From Desulfomonilia bacterium (GTDB lineage: Bacteria > Desulfobacterota > Desulfomonilia > UBA1062), in contig CAXXDQ010000004.1 of assembly GCA_963664325.2 (NCBI GenBank), positions 800,001 to 864,000 on the forward strand: a stretch of 64,000 bases of DNA. The letters are read 5' to 3'. Numbering within the stretch: the first letter of the stretch is position 1; each line of letters begins with the position of its first letter. The notes beneath the pieces are model-generated. The model was not told the DNA's origin. It ran no database searches and saw nothing but the letters and a program-made list of their open reading frames with translations. Positions 47,030-58,425 of the stretch are shown here, piece after piece. Made by a program: the position numbers and the translations under genes.

Positions 47030-48439
47030 CTACATATAGCTCGAACCGTCCCAGCAGTGCGTGCAAAGCTTGTCTTTCGGCAGCCCTATCGCATCAACAA
47101 GATCGTCAAGGCGCTGATATTTCAATGTTGTCAGTTTAAGCCTTTTTCGAATGCATTCGACCATTTCCTCATATTTCTCTGAATCCGCTTTTGCATATTC
47201 GTGAAGACAGTCACATTTCTCTGGGTCGACTCCAAGTTCTTTCATCGCCGTTCTGCTGGCAAGGTCGAGAGACGAACGTGAGCGCGAGAAGTTGAGGAAT
47301 TCGCACGGGTAGACAAGAGGGGGACAGGCGACACGCATGTGTATTTCGGATGCGCCGCAGCTGTAAAGGATCTGGACATTGTCTTTTAGCTGTGTTCCCC
47401 GCACGATTGAATCATCGCAGAATACAAGTCGCTTGCCCTCGATGAGCGCCCTGTTGGGAATGAGCTTCATCTTGGCCACCAAGTCTCGCATTTCCTGGTT
47501 TTGCGGCATAAAACTCCTGGGCCATGTAGGTGTGTATTTCACATATGGCCTCATGTAAGCTATATGGCGCTCGTTCGCATAACCTATCGCATGGCCGATT
47601 CCGGAATCAGGTATCCCCGAAACGATGTCAGCCGGCATGCTGTCGTTGCGCCCCAGTGCGTTTCCGCATCTGTACCTGACATATTCCACATTGATGCCTT
47701 CATAATTTGATGTGGGATAACCGTAGTACACCCATAAAAATGAGCAGACCTGCATCTTCTCGCCGGGAGCCTTTATGTGTTCAACACCGCCGGGGGTTAT
47801 AAGCACGATTTCACCGGGCCCGAGGCAATATTCCTCGATATAGCCCAGGTTAAGAAAGGCGCTGGATTCTGAACTGACGGCATAGGCGCCTTCTTTCTTT
47901 CCTATTATAATGGGTGTACGCCCAAGTTTATCGCGTGACGCGTATATGCCCTGCTCTGTAAGCAACAGGATAGAGCATGAACCTTTAACCATTTCCTGCG
48001 CATAGGCAAGCCCCTCGGAGTATGAACCCTGCTCACATATGGTTACGGCCACAAGCTCGGTCGGGTTTATGTCATCGCCTGATGTTTCGGTGAAATAGTT
48101 TTTGTGGTTAAACGCAAGCTCTGCAAGTTCTGTTGTGTTGTTGATCTTTGATACTGTCACAATCCCAAATCTGCCGAGATGAGAGTTCAGGACTAAAGGC
48201 TGCGCATCTGTATCGCTAATGACACCGATACCTGTATTGCCTTCAAATTCGGTCAGATCAGGCTCAAACTTGTTTCTGAAATAAGCGTTTTCGATGTTGT
48301 GGATGGACCTTTTGAACGAGTGGTTCTTCAAGACAGCCATACCGCCTCGCATAGTGCCCAGGTGTGAGTGATAATCGGTACCGTAAAACAACTCTTTAAC
48401 ACAATCGCTTTTTGAAGCTACACCGAAAAATCCGCCCAT
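47030..48439 (-). CDS. purF: Amidophosphoribosyltransferase (variant starting MGGFFG)
   Basis: IPDSG, PRPP motif DDSIVRGT, RVACPP, CTHCW; GGAGG RBS before ATG 48439. Confidence 0.88.
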   Translation of the reverse strand: MGGFFGVASKSDCVKELFYGTDYHSHLGTMRGGMAVLKNHSFKRSIHNIENAYFRNKFEPDLTEFEGNTGIGVISDTDAQPLVLNSHLGRFGIVTVSKINNTTELAELAFNHKNYFTETSGDDINPTELVAVTICEQGSYSEGLAYAQEMVKGSCSILLLTEQGIYASRDKLGRTPIIIGKKEGAYAVSSESSAFLNLGYIEEYCLGPGEIVLITPGGVEHIKAPGEKMQVCSFLWVYYGYPTSNYEGINVEYVRYRCGNALGRNDSMPADIVSGIPDSGIGHAIGYANERHIAYMRPYVKYTPTWPRSFMPQNQEMRDLVAKMKLIPNRALIEGKRLVFCDDSIVRGTQLKDNVQILYSCGASEIHMRVACPPLVYPCEFLNFSRSRSSLDLASRTAMKELGVDPEKCDCLHEYAKADSEKYEEMVECIRKRLKLTTLKYQRLDDLVDAIGLPKDKLCTHCWDGSSYM

Positions 48440-48783
48440 GTTTCCTCCATGTATTAATTTGCCGACAGGCAAAATAGACGAGATATTTATGTCAGAGAAA
48501 AGATATCAGTACAAGCAGGAAGTCTCTTTAATTTTTATGGATTCGTAAAAGGCCTTCTGTGAATATAAGTCCTGTATTGTTTACTGGAAAGTTTATTTCG
48601 AAATATTACAGCAAGGGATTAATTATCAAATTCTCAAGCGATAATATCCGGATTTCTTTTTAAATTTTCAATTTTCCGCAAGCTATGATTTGTGATGCTG
48701 CAAGGTACTGTTCGTTGCATGGGCTTTAAATGCAAACCTTACTGTAATTGCCAGAAAAGCGGTTATTCCTATTGCTGTGAATA

Positions 48784-49023
48784 TCATCTTTTTACCCTCC
48801 TTTCCGAGATTGCTTCCTGGATGAAACCTTTGAAGCCCAGTATGATACCGGCAATAAGGAAAAGGAAAGTGAAGTTGGGCGCCAAGCCTGTTACCTTATC
48901 AATGTACATACCAAGATAAAGTCCAAGAAAAGTCACGATAACAAGCACCAGTCCATGAGCACTGATCCTTGTTATCTTCTGCAAGAGTTCCCTTGAGAAC
49001 TTTTCTTTTTTGATATTTTTCAT
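48784..49023 (-). CDS. AtpZ/AtpI-family small membrane protein (orphan)
   Basis: GLYLGMYIDK...P.FT..FLIAGIILGF two-helix pattern. Confidence 0.7.
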   Translation of the reverse strand: MKNIKKEKFSRELLQKITRISAHGLVLVIVTFLGLYLGMYIDKVTGLAPNFTFLFLIAGIILGFKGFIQEAISERRVKR

Positions 49024-49055
49024 GGCACCCTCTTTTTTGTTATTTTAAATATCCC

Positions 49056-49232
49056 TTAGAAAAGAAGCGCAATCAGTTGTCTTGCCGGTGCTGTATTTAC
49101 CGAGATCAAAGTGACGATAAGTACGTATACTGCTGCAGCCTCAACAGGTGTAAGCCCCAGAACCTTGTATGTGAACCTTACTCCGATTCCTGTTATAAAT
49201 AAGCATCCTATTACTATCCAAAGTGTAAGCAT
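49056..49232 (-). CDS. Small hydrophobic membrane protein (58 aa)
   Basis: AAAGGAG RBS, MLTLWIVIGCLFITGIGVRFTY...; two hydrophobic segments. Confidence 0.7.
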   Translation of the reverse strand: MLTLWIVIGCLFITGIGVRFTYKVLGLTPVEAAAVYVLIVTLISVNTAPARQLIALLF

Positions 49233-49270
49233 CTTGCTTCTCCTTTCGTTTGTTTTACTGATGAACATGG

Positions 49271-49286
49271 AGCAATGACCATGCCA
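49271..49286 (-). promoter_or_regulatory. Sigma54 promoter
   Basis: TGGCATGGTCATTGCT, near-consensus GG-N10-GC. Confidence 0.8.
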
Positions 49287-49350
49287 GGTTTTGAACATAT
49301 GCAACACTCTGAAATTACAAAGTTATTTTATATAGCTGCAAAGCATATAG

Positions 49351-49447
49351 TGCCACAATGACAAAATGGCTTTTCCTTCGGCAGCCGGTATGTGACAATT
49401 TGTCAATCGGCCATGATGTGCTCTCGGTCTATTATGACATGGTGTCA
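49351..49447. promoter_or_regulatory. Three TG(A/C)CA-N3-TG(A/T)CA boxes at 42-bp spacing; putative enhancer-binding-protein sites
   Basis: TGCCAcaaTGACA (49351), TGACAattTGTCA (49393), TGACAtggTGTCA (49435). Confidence 0.6.
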
Positions 49448-49546
49448 AAGACCCGGGTTGAGCGAGTTTTAAAAAGGATTGACTTTAACAGTGCCGTACC
49501 GCACATCTATATAAAATCTTTTCGATAATCCCGCAGGAGGTGCTTC

Positions 49547-52303
49547 TTGGCAAACTGGCATTCGTTAAAGGCGTCATCTGTCTTTGATGAGCTGAAGACT
49601 TCGATAAACGGCCTGTCGAATAGTGATGCCGCCAGACGTCTTGCAGAGGACGGCCCTAATGAACTCAAAGAGCAGGGATCAAAAAATCCTTTAAAAATCC
49701 TGTGGGAACAGTTTACGGCATTCATGGTTTTGATTCTTATAGTGGCTGCCATAATTTCATTTTTTCTGGGTGAGCATATTGATGCTACGGCCATATTGGT
49801 TATTGTGATCGTGAACGGCATATTGGGTTTCCGCCAGGAGTACAAGGCAGAGAAGGCCATGGCTGCCTTAAAAAAAATGTCTGTCCCTATTGTCAGGCTC
49901 AAACGCGAAGGCCGGGTGATGGAGATTCCATCACTGGAAATTGTTCGTGGAGACATTGTACTTCTGGAAGCGGGGAACCTCGTTCCAGCCGATGGAAGGC
50001 TTATTGAATCGGCCAATCTGCGCATTCAGGAGGCTGCGCTTACCGGAGAAAGCGAGCCTGTCGAAAAATATGAAGATATTGTAACAGGCGAGAATATCCC
50101 TCTGGGTGACAGAAAGAACATGGCATATATGGGCACGGTCGTGACATATGGCCGTGGCCAGGCGGTTGTCACTGCCACGGGTATGTCAACTGAGCTCGGC
50201 AATATTGCATCAATGCTTCAGAAAGTGGGAGGCGAGCAGACTCCGCTTCAAAACAGGCTCGATCAGCTGGGTAAAAAACTTGCGCTAATCGCAGCAGTCC
50301 TTGTTGGGATAATTTTTATTGAAGGGCTCATTATTGAGGGCAGGGGTGCCATAAAAGAGCTTTTCCTGACCGCTGTAAGCATGGCTGTTGCCGCGGTGCC
50401 GGAAGGACTTCCAGCCGTAGTTACGATAGCCCTTGCGATCGGGGCTCAGCGGATGCTCAGGCGCAGGGCTCTCATTCGCAAACTGCCTGCAGTTGAAACG
50501 CTTGGCTCGGTAACAGTCATATGTTCGGACAAGACAGGGACTCTTACTGAAAATGTCATGACAGTAACAATGCTTGATGTAGCCGGGCATACCCTTGACC
50601 TTACCGAACACCTGAAAAAGGCTAGTCCTTTTCTGAATTCCGGTGATCCTGATATTCCAAAGGATAAAATTCACGCCATGACGCTGCTTCTAGCCGGTGG
50701 TGCGCTGTGCAATGACGCAGAACTGAGGGTTGACCCCTCAACAGCCAATATCAGTGCAATAGGCGATCCGACGGAAGGGGCCATTGTTGTTGCTGCAATG
50801 AAAGCGGGGCTTTCAAAGACCGATATGGAGAAAAACCTGCAAAGGGTTCTTGAACTGCCGTTTGATTCCGAACGCAAACGCATGACGACCGTTCATGGAA
50901 TATCCAAGGAAAAGCTCAGCACAGAGATGAAAGAATGGCATGTGAACTTTGGATCGCCTTCATATGTAGCATTTACAAAAGGTGCTGTCGACCAGCTGCT
51001 TGATGCAACAGCATCGGTCTTGAACGACGGTGTTGTCAAGCCTCTTGATGACGGGATACGCGGAAAAATTCTGGCATCAAACAATTCAATGGCAGGCAAA
51101 GGCATGCGTATATTAGGTGTTGCCATGAAAGCTTTCAATGCAAAACCACATCAGGATGAGCTTGAAAAAGGCCTTGTATTTATAGGCATGGTCGGGATGA
51201 TTGACCCGCCGAGACAGGAAGTAAAAGAGTCTGTTAATACATGCAAGACGGCCGGCATCAGGCCTGTGATGATAACCGGTGATCATCCGCTTACGGCAGA
51301 GCACATTGCAAGGGAGCTGGGAATCTATGATGGCGGCAGGGTTATTACCGGCCGGGAACTTGCCTGCATGTCAATCGAAGAGCTGGAGAATGTTGTTGAT
51401 GATGTTTCAGTCTATGCAAGGGTATCTCCAGAACATAAACTTAATATAGTAAAAGCGCTGCAGGATAAGGGGCATATCGTGGCCATGACAGGCGACGGGG
51501 TGAATGATGCACCTGCGCTGAAAAAGGCGGATATCGGCGTCGCAATGGGCATTACAGGGACCGATGTCTCGAAAGAAGCTTCCGACATGGTATTGCTGGA
51601 TGATAATTTTGCCACAATTGTTGCGGCCGCCGAAGAAGGCCGTGCGATTTATGATAATATCCGGAAGTTCTTCAGATACCTTATGGGAACAAATGCAGGA
51701 GAGCTGATCGTAATGCTAACCGCCCCCTTTCTTGGCATGCCGCTTCCTCTGCTGCCCCTTCAGATATTATGGATGAACCTCGTAACGGACGGACTGCCGG
51801 CTCTTGCACTGGGTGTTGAGCCTTCGGAAAGGGATATCATGAAAAGACCACCATACCCGCCGAATGAAAGCGTGTTTTCAAGGGGTATGGCTGTCCATAT
51901 CCTGTGGGCGGGTTTGCTTATGGCCACAGTCACTCTCGGCATGGGCTACTGGGCCTGGTGGGAACATGGATTTACGGCGAAGGCATGGCCTGTCGTTCAG
52001 ACAATGATATTCACGACCATTACACTTACGCAGATGGGGAACGTTATGGCCGTGCGTTCAGAAAAACGCTCTCTCTTCGAGATCGGGGTTTTTACGAACA
52101 AACCCCTGCTGCTGGCAGTGTTGGCTACTGTTATACTCCAGATATTCCTTATATATACACCATTTATGCAGAAGATTTTCCGCACCATACCGCTCGATCC
52201 GATTGATTTTATCATCAGCATGGTTATGAGCACGGTTGTGTTTTTTGCAATTGAATTTGAAAAATGGCTTTTCAGGATCAAAGACTCTAGGCATAAGGCA
52301 TAG
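49547..52303 (+). CDS. P-type ATPase, P2A (Ca2+-type)
   Basis: [30 protein letters not shown]; TTG start with AGGAGG. Confidence 0.95.
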   Translation: MANWHSLKASSVFDELKTSINGLSNSDAARRLAEDGPNELKEQGSKNPLKILWEQFTAFMVLILIVAAIISFFLGEHIDATAILVIVIVNGILGFRQEYKAEKAMAALKKMSVPIVRLKREGRVMEIPSLEIVRGDIVLLEAGNLVPADGRLIESANLRIQEAALTGESEPVEKYEDIVTGENIPLGDRKNMAYMGTVVTYGRGQAVVTATGMSTELGNIASMLQKVGGEQTPLQNRLDQLGKKLALIAAVLVGIIFIEGLIIEGRGAIKELFLTAVSMAVAAVPEGLPAVVTIALAIGAQRMLRRRALIRKLPAVETLGSVTVICSDKTGTLTENVMTVTMLDVAGHTLDLTEHLKKASPFLNSGDPDIPKDKIHAMTLLLAGGALCNDAELRVDPSTANISAIGDPTEGAIVVAAMKAGLSKTDMEKNLQRVLELPFDSERKRMTTVHGISKEKLSTEMKEWHVNFGSPSYVAFTKGAVDQLLDATASVLNDGVVKPLDDGIRGKILASNNSMAGKGMRILGVAMKAFNAKPHQDELEKGLVFIGMVGMIDPPRQEVKESVNTCKTAGIRPVMITGDHPLTAEHIARELGIYDGGRVITGRELACMSIEELENVVDDVSVYARVSPEHKLNIVKALQDKGHIVAMTGDGVNDAPALKKADIGVAMGITGTDVSKEASDMVLLDDNFATIVAAAEEGRAIYDNIRKFFRYLMGTNAGELIVMLTAPFLGMPLPLLPLQILWMNLVTDGLPALALGVEPSERDIMKRPPYPPNESVFSRGMAVHILWAGLLMATVTLGMGYWAWWEHGFTAKAWPVVQTMIFTTITLTQMGNVMAVRSEKRSLFEIGVFTNKPLLLAVLATVILQIFLIYTPFMQKIFRTIPLDPIDFIISMVMSTVVFFAIEFEKWLFRIKDSRHKA

Positions 52304-52309
52304 GTAATC

Positions 52310-53191
52310 ATGATAACTGAAAAGTTGAAACAGGAGTTCCTTGTTGCACTTGAAAAGGCCGAATCGGCTCTTTTAATGCCAGTATACATATCTGAAATTG
52401 AAAAGCTTGTTTCGGACCCGAAGGCTTCGGCGCAGGATATTTGTGAAATACTCGACAAGGAACAGGATTTATCCCGCTTAATGTTGAATACGGCTAATTC
52501 TCCTTTTTACAACATTCCTAAAAGGGCGACGAGTACCATCCATGCCGTCCAGGCGATCGGCTTTGAAGAGGTTATAGCAGTTGCAAGGTGCCATGCGGTC
52601 TACGCACTTTTCGCAACTGACAGGTCAAGCCTGCCTGAAAAGATAATCACCCATGGGTCCGCGGTCGGGGCAGCTGCGGTCATGGTCTCTGCACATCTCA
52701 AATTAAAGCACACTGCGGATATTTTTCTGGCAGGGCTTGTTCATGATATCGGCAAGGTTTTCATGTCAGTCTTCATGCCGGATAAATTTGAAAAATTACT
52801 TCTGGTTCTGAACGACCCCGAGAACCTTCTGGGATATCACAAGCTTGAAGAAATGATCTTTGGTGTAACGCATTCGGATGCCGGTGCCGGCCTTCTTGAA
52901 AAAACAGGTTTTGCAAAAAACATCATAGACGCGGTTTCATATCATCATGCGTGCTCCCATGAGGGGCCGTACCCTTTATATTCAGCAATAGTACATATAG
53001 CCGATGCCATCTGTAATATAAAAGGACTTACACCATTTAAAGGACTGACTTTCCCGCTGGTTGAACCGGCCCTGCTTTTACCTTTGCAGGATGTGAAAAA
53101 GGAGTTTGGCACGGCGGACATGACATTCCTGGCAGACGGGGTGGAAATAGAAATTGAACGTTTAAGGCCGTTTGTTGCGGCGTTAAGATAA
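52310..53191 (+). CDS. HDOD-domain protein
   Basis: ANSPFY, AGLVHDIGK, HSDAG, YHH. Confidence 0.88.
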   Translation: MITEKLKQEFLVALEKAESALLMPVYISEIEKLVSDPKASAQDICEILDKEQDLSRLMLNTANSPFYNIPKRATSTIHAVQAIGFEEVIAVARCHAVYALFATDRSSLPEKIITHGSAVGAAAVMVSAHLKLKHTADIFLAGLVHDIGKVFMSVFMPDKFEKLLLVLNDPENLLGYHKLEEMIFGVTHSDAGAGLLEKTGFAKNIIDAVSYHHACSHEGPYPLYSAIVHIADAICNIKGLTPFKGLTFPLVEPALLLPLQDVKKEFGTADMTFLADGVEIEIERLRPFVAALR

Positions 53192-53205
53192 GAAAGGAGG
53201 CCGGC

Positions 53206-53799
53206 ATGCGCAAGGAAAAATTCATGAGACCCCTTGTTCTGTTTCTGGCATTACTTATTCCGGTGCTTGCGTATGCGAATGACGGGACTACAGGGCCTGC
53301 CGGTAATAAGGGAGGTACAAAGAAAATGGAAAACGCTTTTAAATTGATGAGTCTTTCCTTCGGCAATTTACAGGCAATTCCAGAAAGGTATTCCTATAAT
53401 ATGAGGCCGCAATGCTCGGGAGATAACTTCTCGCCGGCCTTGTCCTGGGTGGGCGTTCCGGCCGGGACGAAGAGCCTGGCCGTAATCATGCATGACCCCG
53501 ACGGCGGCAACTGGACGCACTGGGTCCAGTTCAATATCCCTTCAAATGCAGACAGACTTGATGAGGCAAAGGGCGGCCCTGCTGTCGGGATTAAAGGGTC
53601 AAACAGTTTCGGCGGAACAGGTTATGCCGGTCCGTGTCCTCCTTCAGACGGCAGAACTCACAGGTACATTTTCACGCTTTATGCACTTGATGCTGATATA
53701 AACCTGCCTGTCGGAACGTCCAGAGAACGCCTGGAAAAGGCTATGGCTGGACACATCCTCGGCAGAGCCGTATTTACTGGCATTAAAAAGCGGGATTAG
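53206..53799 (+). CDS. YbhB/YbcL (PEBP/RKIP-like) protein
   Basis: SPALSW, HDPD, HW, YAGPCPP, HRYIFTLYALD; signal peptide. Confidence 0.92.
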   Translation: MRKEKFMRPLVLFLALLIPVLAYANDGTTGPAGNKGGTKKMENAFKLMSLSFGNLQAIPERYSYNMRPQCSGDNFSPALSWVGVPAGTKSLAVIMHDPDGGNWTHWVQFNIPSNADRLDEAKGGPAVGIKGSNSFGGTGYAGPCPPSDGRTHRYIFTLYALDADINLPVGTSRERLEKAMAGHILGRAVFTGIKKRD

Positions 53800-53809
53800 A
53801 GACAACTCC

Positions 53810-55012
53810 TTAGTCTTTAATCTCGAGCAGCTTCTTTAGAATCGTATGCCCTTCTTCGATGAACAGGCCAGATGCCAAGGCATCCTTTTCGGTGAACCTT
53901 TGAGGGACAGACTTTTCTTCCCTGCTGTCATATAGAAGGAAGGGCACCGGCTCTGATGTATGAGTCTTTTTGGCAATCGGGGTCGGGTGGTCGGGCATGA
54001 AAAGAAGCCTGTAAGGTGCGCCTGCTGCATTGAGGCCTTTCAGGACAATGGACATCACCCGTGAATCGATATCCTCTATGGCCTTTACCTTTTCCTTCAA
54101 ATATCCGCCGTGGCCGGCCTCGTCAGGCGCCTCGATATGGACATAGACGAAATCGTGTGTTTTTAAAGCCTCAAGCGCGGCGTTGGCCTTGCCCTCGTAA
54201 TCTGTATCGATCCAGCCCGTAGCACCCGGGACTTTCACGATGTCCATACCTCTGAGTTTTCCTAGCCCTTTCAGCAGGTCAACCGCTGAAATCATTGCGC
54301 CTGTTATATTGAACTCCTCTTTCAGTGTCGGAACCCTCATTGCCTTGCCTTCTCCCCACGGCCAGAGGCAGGTAGCTTCCTTCTTGCGTTCCTGTCTGCG
54401 CTTCAGGTTTATAGGATGATCCTTCAGGGCCGCCTTGCTTTCATCTATGACATTTTTCAACAAGGCGTCATTCGGAAGGAAAGGCTCGACTGGCCGGCCT
54501 GTAATATCATGCGGGGGCGTGGTTTTCAGGGCCTGATTGTCAAATCTGCTTATCACCATCAGATGCCTGTATTCAACACCCCGGTAAATACCGATACCTG
54601 TATGTTCAGTGATAATCGGCCTCAGATGATCAATCAATGCTCCAGCCTCTTCGGTTGAGATATGGCCTGAAGAATAGTCTTCCATTATCGGGCCGTCTGG
54701 ACCATGGCCCAGGGTCACGAAATTGATCCTGAAAGCGGTGTCGTCATCTGCGAGTTCGACGCCGATGCTCACTGCCTCTATCGGCGCCCTGCCCGTATAA
54801 CAGCGAGACGGGTCAAGGCCCAGGACAGCCATGTTGGCGATATCGCTGCCCGGAGGAAAGTTGTCTTTTACCGTCTTGACCGTGCCGAGAGTTGACTTTG
54901 CGGCAAGCGCATCGATATTGGGGGTAAAGGCCGCCTCAAGAGGGGTTTTACCTCCGAGCGCATCTATCGGATAATCGGCCATCCCATCGCCGAGGATAAC
55001 AAGATATTTCAC
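53810..55012 (-). CDS. apgM: Cofactor-independent phosphoglycerate mutase, ApgM family
   Basis: GDGMAD, PGSD, EAPDEAGH, PDHPTP..TH. Confidence 0.9.
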   Translation of the reverse strand: MKYLVILGDGMADYPIDALGGKTPLEAAFTPNIDALAAKSTLGTVKTVKDNFPPGSDIANMAVLGLDPSRCYTGRAPIEAVSIGVELADDDTAFRINFVTLGHGPDGPIMEDYSSGHISTEEAGALIDHLRPIITEHTGIGIYRGVEYRHLMVISRFDNQALKTTPPHDITGRPVEPFLPNDALLKNVIDESKAALKDHPINLKRRQERKKEATCLWPWGEGKAMRVPTLKEEFNITGAMISAVDLLKGLGKLRGMDIVKVPGATGWIDTDYEGKANAALEALKTHDFVYVHIEAPDEAGHGGYLKEKVKAIEDIDSRVMSIVLKGLNAAGAPYRLLFMPDHPTPIAKKTHTSEPVPFLLYDSREEKSVPQRFTEKDALASGLFIEEGHTILKKLLEIKD

Positions 55013-55042
55013 ATGAGCCTCCGCTTAAACCTGTACATGACT

Positions 55043-56365
55043 TTATTTCTTCTTTATGGAATTATCCTCGACCCTGAGGACAATGGGTTTACCGCCTACT
55101 TCCTTGATTGATGAAAGCATACCTATCGCTTCCATCATATCGGCTTCCCTGGCCTCATGCGTCATCATGACCACCTGCACGAACTTGTCTTCATATGCCG
55201 GTTTCTGGATGACGGAGAGTATGCTTATATCCTTTTCCCCCAGTATGCCGGCGATTTTTGCAAGCACGCCGGGCTTGTCGGCCACCTTTATCCTCAGATA
55301 GTAGTTGGTGCTTATTTCTTCAATTGGCATGAAGCTTTTTTTCAGGCTCTGGTCTTTTCTGTAGCCAAGATGGGGGATCCTGCCGGCAACACCGGATTGT
55401 ATGTTCCTGGCAATATCCGCAATGTCACTCATGACTGCGGAGGCGGTAGGCATCATGCCTGCACCCCGGCCATAGAAAAGGGTCGTATCGACAATGTCGC
55501 CCTTGACATAGAAGGCATTAAACACCCCGTCGACCCTGGCAAGCTGGTAAGAAAAAGGAATCAGCACGGGATGAACCCTGGCCTCGACCTTGTCTCCCCT
55601 GTCTATGGCTATGCCGAGGAGCTTCACCTTGTATCCGAGCTCTTTTGCATAGGTTATGTCAACGCTGTCCAGTTTCGAGATACCTTCCACGTACATGCCC
55701 TTAAGGTCGGGAGCGGTGCCATAGGCGAGGCTGCAGAGTATCGCCAGTTTGTGAGCCGCATCGTGACCTTCAATGTCGAGCGTAGGGTCTGCCTCGGCAT
55801 ATCCAAGTTTCTGAGCTGACTTCAAGACATCGTTGAATTTTATGCCTTTTTCGGTCATCTCTGTCAGGATGTAATTGCAGGTGCCGTTCATTATGCCGTG
55901 GATGAATACATAGTTGTTTGCGATAAGGGCTTCCCTGAGTGTCTTGATTATCGGGATGCCCCCGCCGACGGCCGCCTCGAAATAAAGGTCCCTGCCGCAG
56001 GACTGCGCCGTATCGAACAGGGACTTTCCCTTTGAAGCGAGCAGGGCCTTGTTAGCGGTGACAACGTGCTTTCCCGCCTTGAGAGCATTGGTAATGAAAG
56101 TCTTGGCAGGCTCTATCCCGCCGATCAGCTCAACAACGATATCAATTTCCGGGTCATTGATTATCTCGTTTGCGTCGGTGGTCAGGATTGCCTCGGGGAG
56201 TTTAATTTCCCTTTCCCTGGCAATATCGATATCCGCTATTTTTTTGAGCGTTAAAGGAAAACCGAGCCTTTCCTCGAGAAGACCCATGTTCTGCATGAGG
56301 GTTTTTGCCACACCGGCGCCGATAGTTCCAAATCCGATAATTCCAACCTTGATCTCTCTCATCAT
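55043..56365 (-). CDS. hom: Homoserine dehydrogenase with C-terminal ACT domain
   Basis: [39 protein letters not shown]. Confidence 0.95.
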   Translation of the reverse strand: MMREIKVGIIGFGTIGAGVAKTLMQNMGLLEERLGFPLTLKKIADIDIAREREIKLPEAILTTDANEIINDPEIDIVVELIGGIEPAKTFITNALKAGKHVVTANKALLASKGKSLFDTAQSCGRDLYFEAAVGGGIPIIKTLREALIANNYVFIHGIMNGTCNYILTEMTEKGIKFNDVLKSAQKLGYAEADPTLDIEGHDAAHKLAILCSLAYGTAPDLKGMYVEGISKLDSVDITYAKELGYKVKLLGIAIDRGDKVEARVHPVLIPFSYQLARVDGVFNAFYVKGDIVDTTLFYGRGAGMMPTASAVMSDIADIARNIQSGVAGRIPHLGYRKDQSLKKSFMPIEEISTNYYLRIKVADKPGVLAKIAGILGEKDISILSVIQKPAYEDKFVQVVMMTHEAREADMMEAIGMLSSIKEVGGKPIVLRVEDNSIKKK

Positions 56366-57537
56366 ACGTTATACCCCAGAGCCTTTCTTATGCCTCTTAC
56401 AGCCTGCCTTATCCTGTGCTCGTTTTCAACGAGTGCAAACCTTACATGGTCATCGCCGTATTTGCCGAAACCTATTCCGGGCGAAACCGCTACTTCTCCC
56501 TGTTCTAGCAGCTGTTTTGAGAATTCAAGGGAACCCATTTTCCTGAACTCTTCGGGTATATTCGCCCAGACAAACATTGTACCCTTCGGTTTCGGAATTT
56601 CCCAGCCTGATTTTGCCAGTCCTTCGCAAAGGACATCCCTCCTGCTCTGATACCTTTCGCTGATTTCGTTTACGCATGACTGGTCTTCATTCAGGGCTAT
56701 GATTGACGCAATCTGAATCGGCTGGAACACACCGTAATCCAGGTAGCTCTTTATCCTCCCAAGTGCATAAACCGCCTCTCTGTTGCCGACTGCAAAACCC
56801 ACGCGCCAGCCTGCCATGCTGTAGCTTTTTGAAAGCGAAAAGAATTCAACCGCAATATCCTTGGCGCCCGGCACCTGCAGGATACTGGGGGCTGTGTACC
56901 CGTCAAAACAGAGGTCTGCATAGGCAAAGTCATGGATGATGAATATATCATGCTCCTTTGCAAACTCGACCACCTTGGTGAAGAACTCCAGATCGACCAC
57001 CGCAGTAGTGGGATTGTGCGGGAAGGAAAGTATCATAAGCTTGGGCTGCGGCCATGTCAGTTTGGTGGCAGTAAGAAGATCGGCAAAGAAATCCCTGTCC
57101 CTTTGCAAAGGGATGCCCCTCACATTGCCGCCTGCGAGAACTGTCGCATATGTGTGGATGGGATAGGTGGGATTAGGCACGAATACGACGTCTCCTGATG
57201 TGATCATCGAGAATATAATGTGTGCGAAGCCCTCCTTGACACCCATTGTTGTTATGGCTTCGGTATCCGGGTCTATGTCCACATCAAAACGGCGTTTGTA
57301 CCAGTTTGCAATAGCCATCCTCAGTTTGTAAATGCCCTTTGAAGCTGAATACCTGTGGTTCTTGGGGTTGCGCGAGGCCTCCACCATCTTGTCTATTATG
57401 TGATCGGGGGTCGGAATGTCCGGGTTGCCCATTCCCAGGTCAATTATGTCCCTGCCGTCATGCCTTGCCTTCATCTTGAGCACGTCAACCTGGGCAAAAA
57501 CATATGGCGGAAGCCTGTCAATCCTGACAAACTGCAT
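56362..57537 (-). CDS. alaC: Class I aminotransferase, AlaC-like
   Basis: [33 protein letters not shown]. Confidence 0.85.
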   Translation of the reverse strand: MQFVRIDRLPPYVFAQVDVLKMKARHDGRDIIDLGMGNPDIPTPDHIIDKMVEASRNPKNHRYSASKGIYKLRMAIANWYKRRFDVDIDPDTEAITTMGVKEGFAHIIFSMITSGDVVFVPNPTYPIHTYATVLAGGNVRGIPLQRDRDFFADLLTATKLTWPQPKLMILSFPHNPTTAVVDLEFFTKVVEFAKEHDIFIIHDFAYADLCFDGYTAPSILQVPGAKDIAVEFFSLSKSYSMAGWRVGFAVGNREAVYALGRIKSYLDYGVFQPIQIASIIALNEDQSCVNEISERYQSRRDVLCEGLAKSGWEIPKPKGTMFVWANIPEEFRKMGSLEFSKQLLEQGEVAVSPGIGFGKYGDDHVRFALVENEHRIRQAVRGIRKALGYNV

Positions 57538-57540
57538 TTA

Positions 57541-58404
57541 TTACCTCCGGTCTTGTTCCCTAATTTCTTCGAGTATACTGCCTGCCCTGTAAGAGCTTCT
57601 TACGAAGGGGCTTGCGACTACATATCTTATGCCAATGCCTTTTGCAAGCACGGCCCATGCCGCAAATGCCTCGGGTTCCCAGTATTTTGATACCGGCACC
57701 TGCTTTCGCGTGGGCCTCAGGTACTGGCCGATTGTAAGAATATCAACATGAGTCTCATTTATTAAGACAATCAGCTCCTCGATTTGGCTTTCGCTTTCAC
57801 CAAGGCCTACCATAAAACCGGTTTTGACCAAGGGCCCGCCATGCTTTTTTGCCGCATCGAGAACAGCCAGGCTTCTGTCAAGGTCTGCTTCGGGTCTGAT
57901 TGCGCCATAAAGAGAGCGTACGGTTTCCAGATTGTGTCCGAATACATCGGGTTTTGCCTCAAGAACAATATCAAGAAGCTCTGTCCTGCCTGAAAAGTCC
58001 GGGGTAAGCACTTCAACGGTTATCCCGGGCAGCCTGGTGTTTAATTCCCTTATGCATTCAGCAAACTGGCCGGCGCCTTGGTCAATGAGGTCATCCCTGG
58101 TCACCGACGTTATTACTGCATGCCTTAGGCCAAGATCTCCTGCAGCTTCTGCCAGCAGTACGGGTTCATCAGGATCGGGCAAAGATGGTATTCCTCCCCT
58201 TACTGAACAGAAAGTGCAGTTCCTGGTGCATATGTCACCAAGAATAAGAAAGGTAGCTTCATTTCTGGAAAAACATTCGGAAATATTGGGACAGCGGGCC
58301 TCCTCGCAAACCGTTGATAGCCTGCCTTTTCTAAGCTTGAGTCTGACATCCCTCAGGCCGGAGAGCTCCCTGCGGTTTCTGAGCCATACCGGAAGCCTCT
58401 CCAT
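57541..58404 (-). CDS. lipA: Lipoyl synthase
   Basis: CEEARCPNISEC, CTRNCTFC, GQYLRP, RSSY. Confidence 0.95.
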   Translation of the reverse strand: MERLPVWLRNRRELSGLRDVRLKLRKGRLSTVCEEARCPNISECFSRNEATFLILGDICTRNCTFCSVRGGIPSLPDPDEPVLLAEAAGDLGLRHAVITSVTRDDLIDQGAGQFAECIRELNTRLPGITVEVLTPDFSGRTELLDIVLEAKPDVFGHNLETVRSLYGAIRPEADLDRSLAVLDAAKKHGGPLVKTGFMVGLGESESQIEELIVLINETHVDILTIGQYLRPTRKQVPVSKYWEPEAFAAWAVLAKGIGIRYVVASPFVRSSYRAGSILEEIREQDRR

Positions 58405-58425
58405 GGGCGTCGTTCCTTCCGTTTT

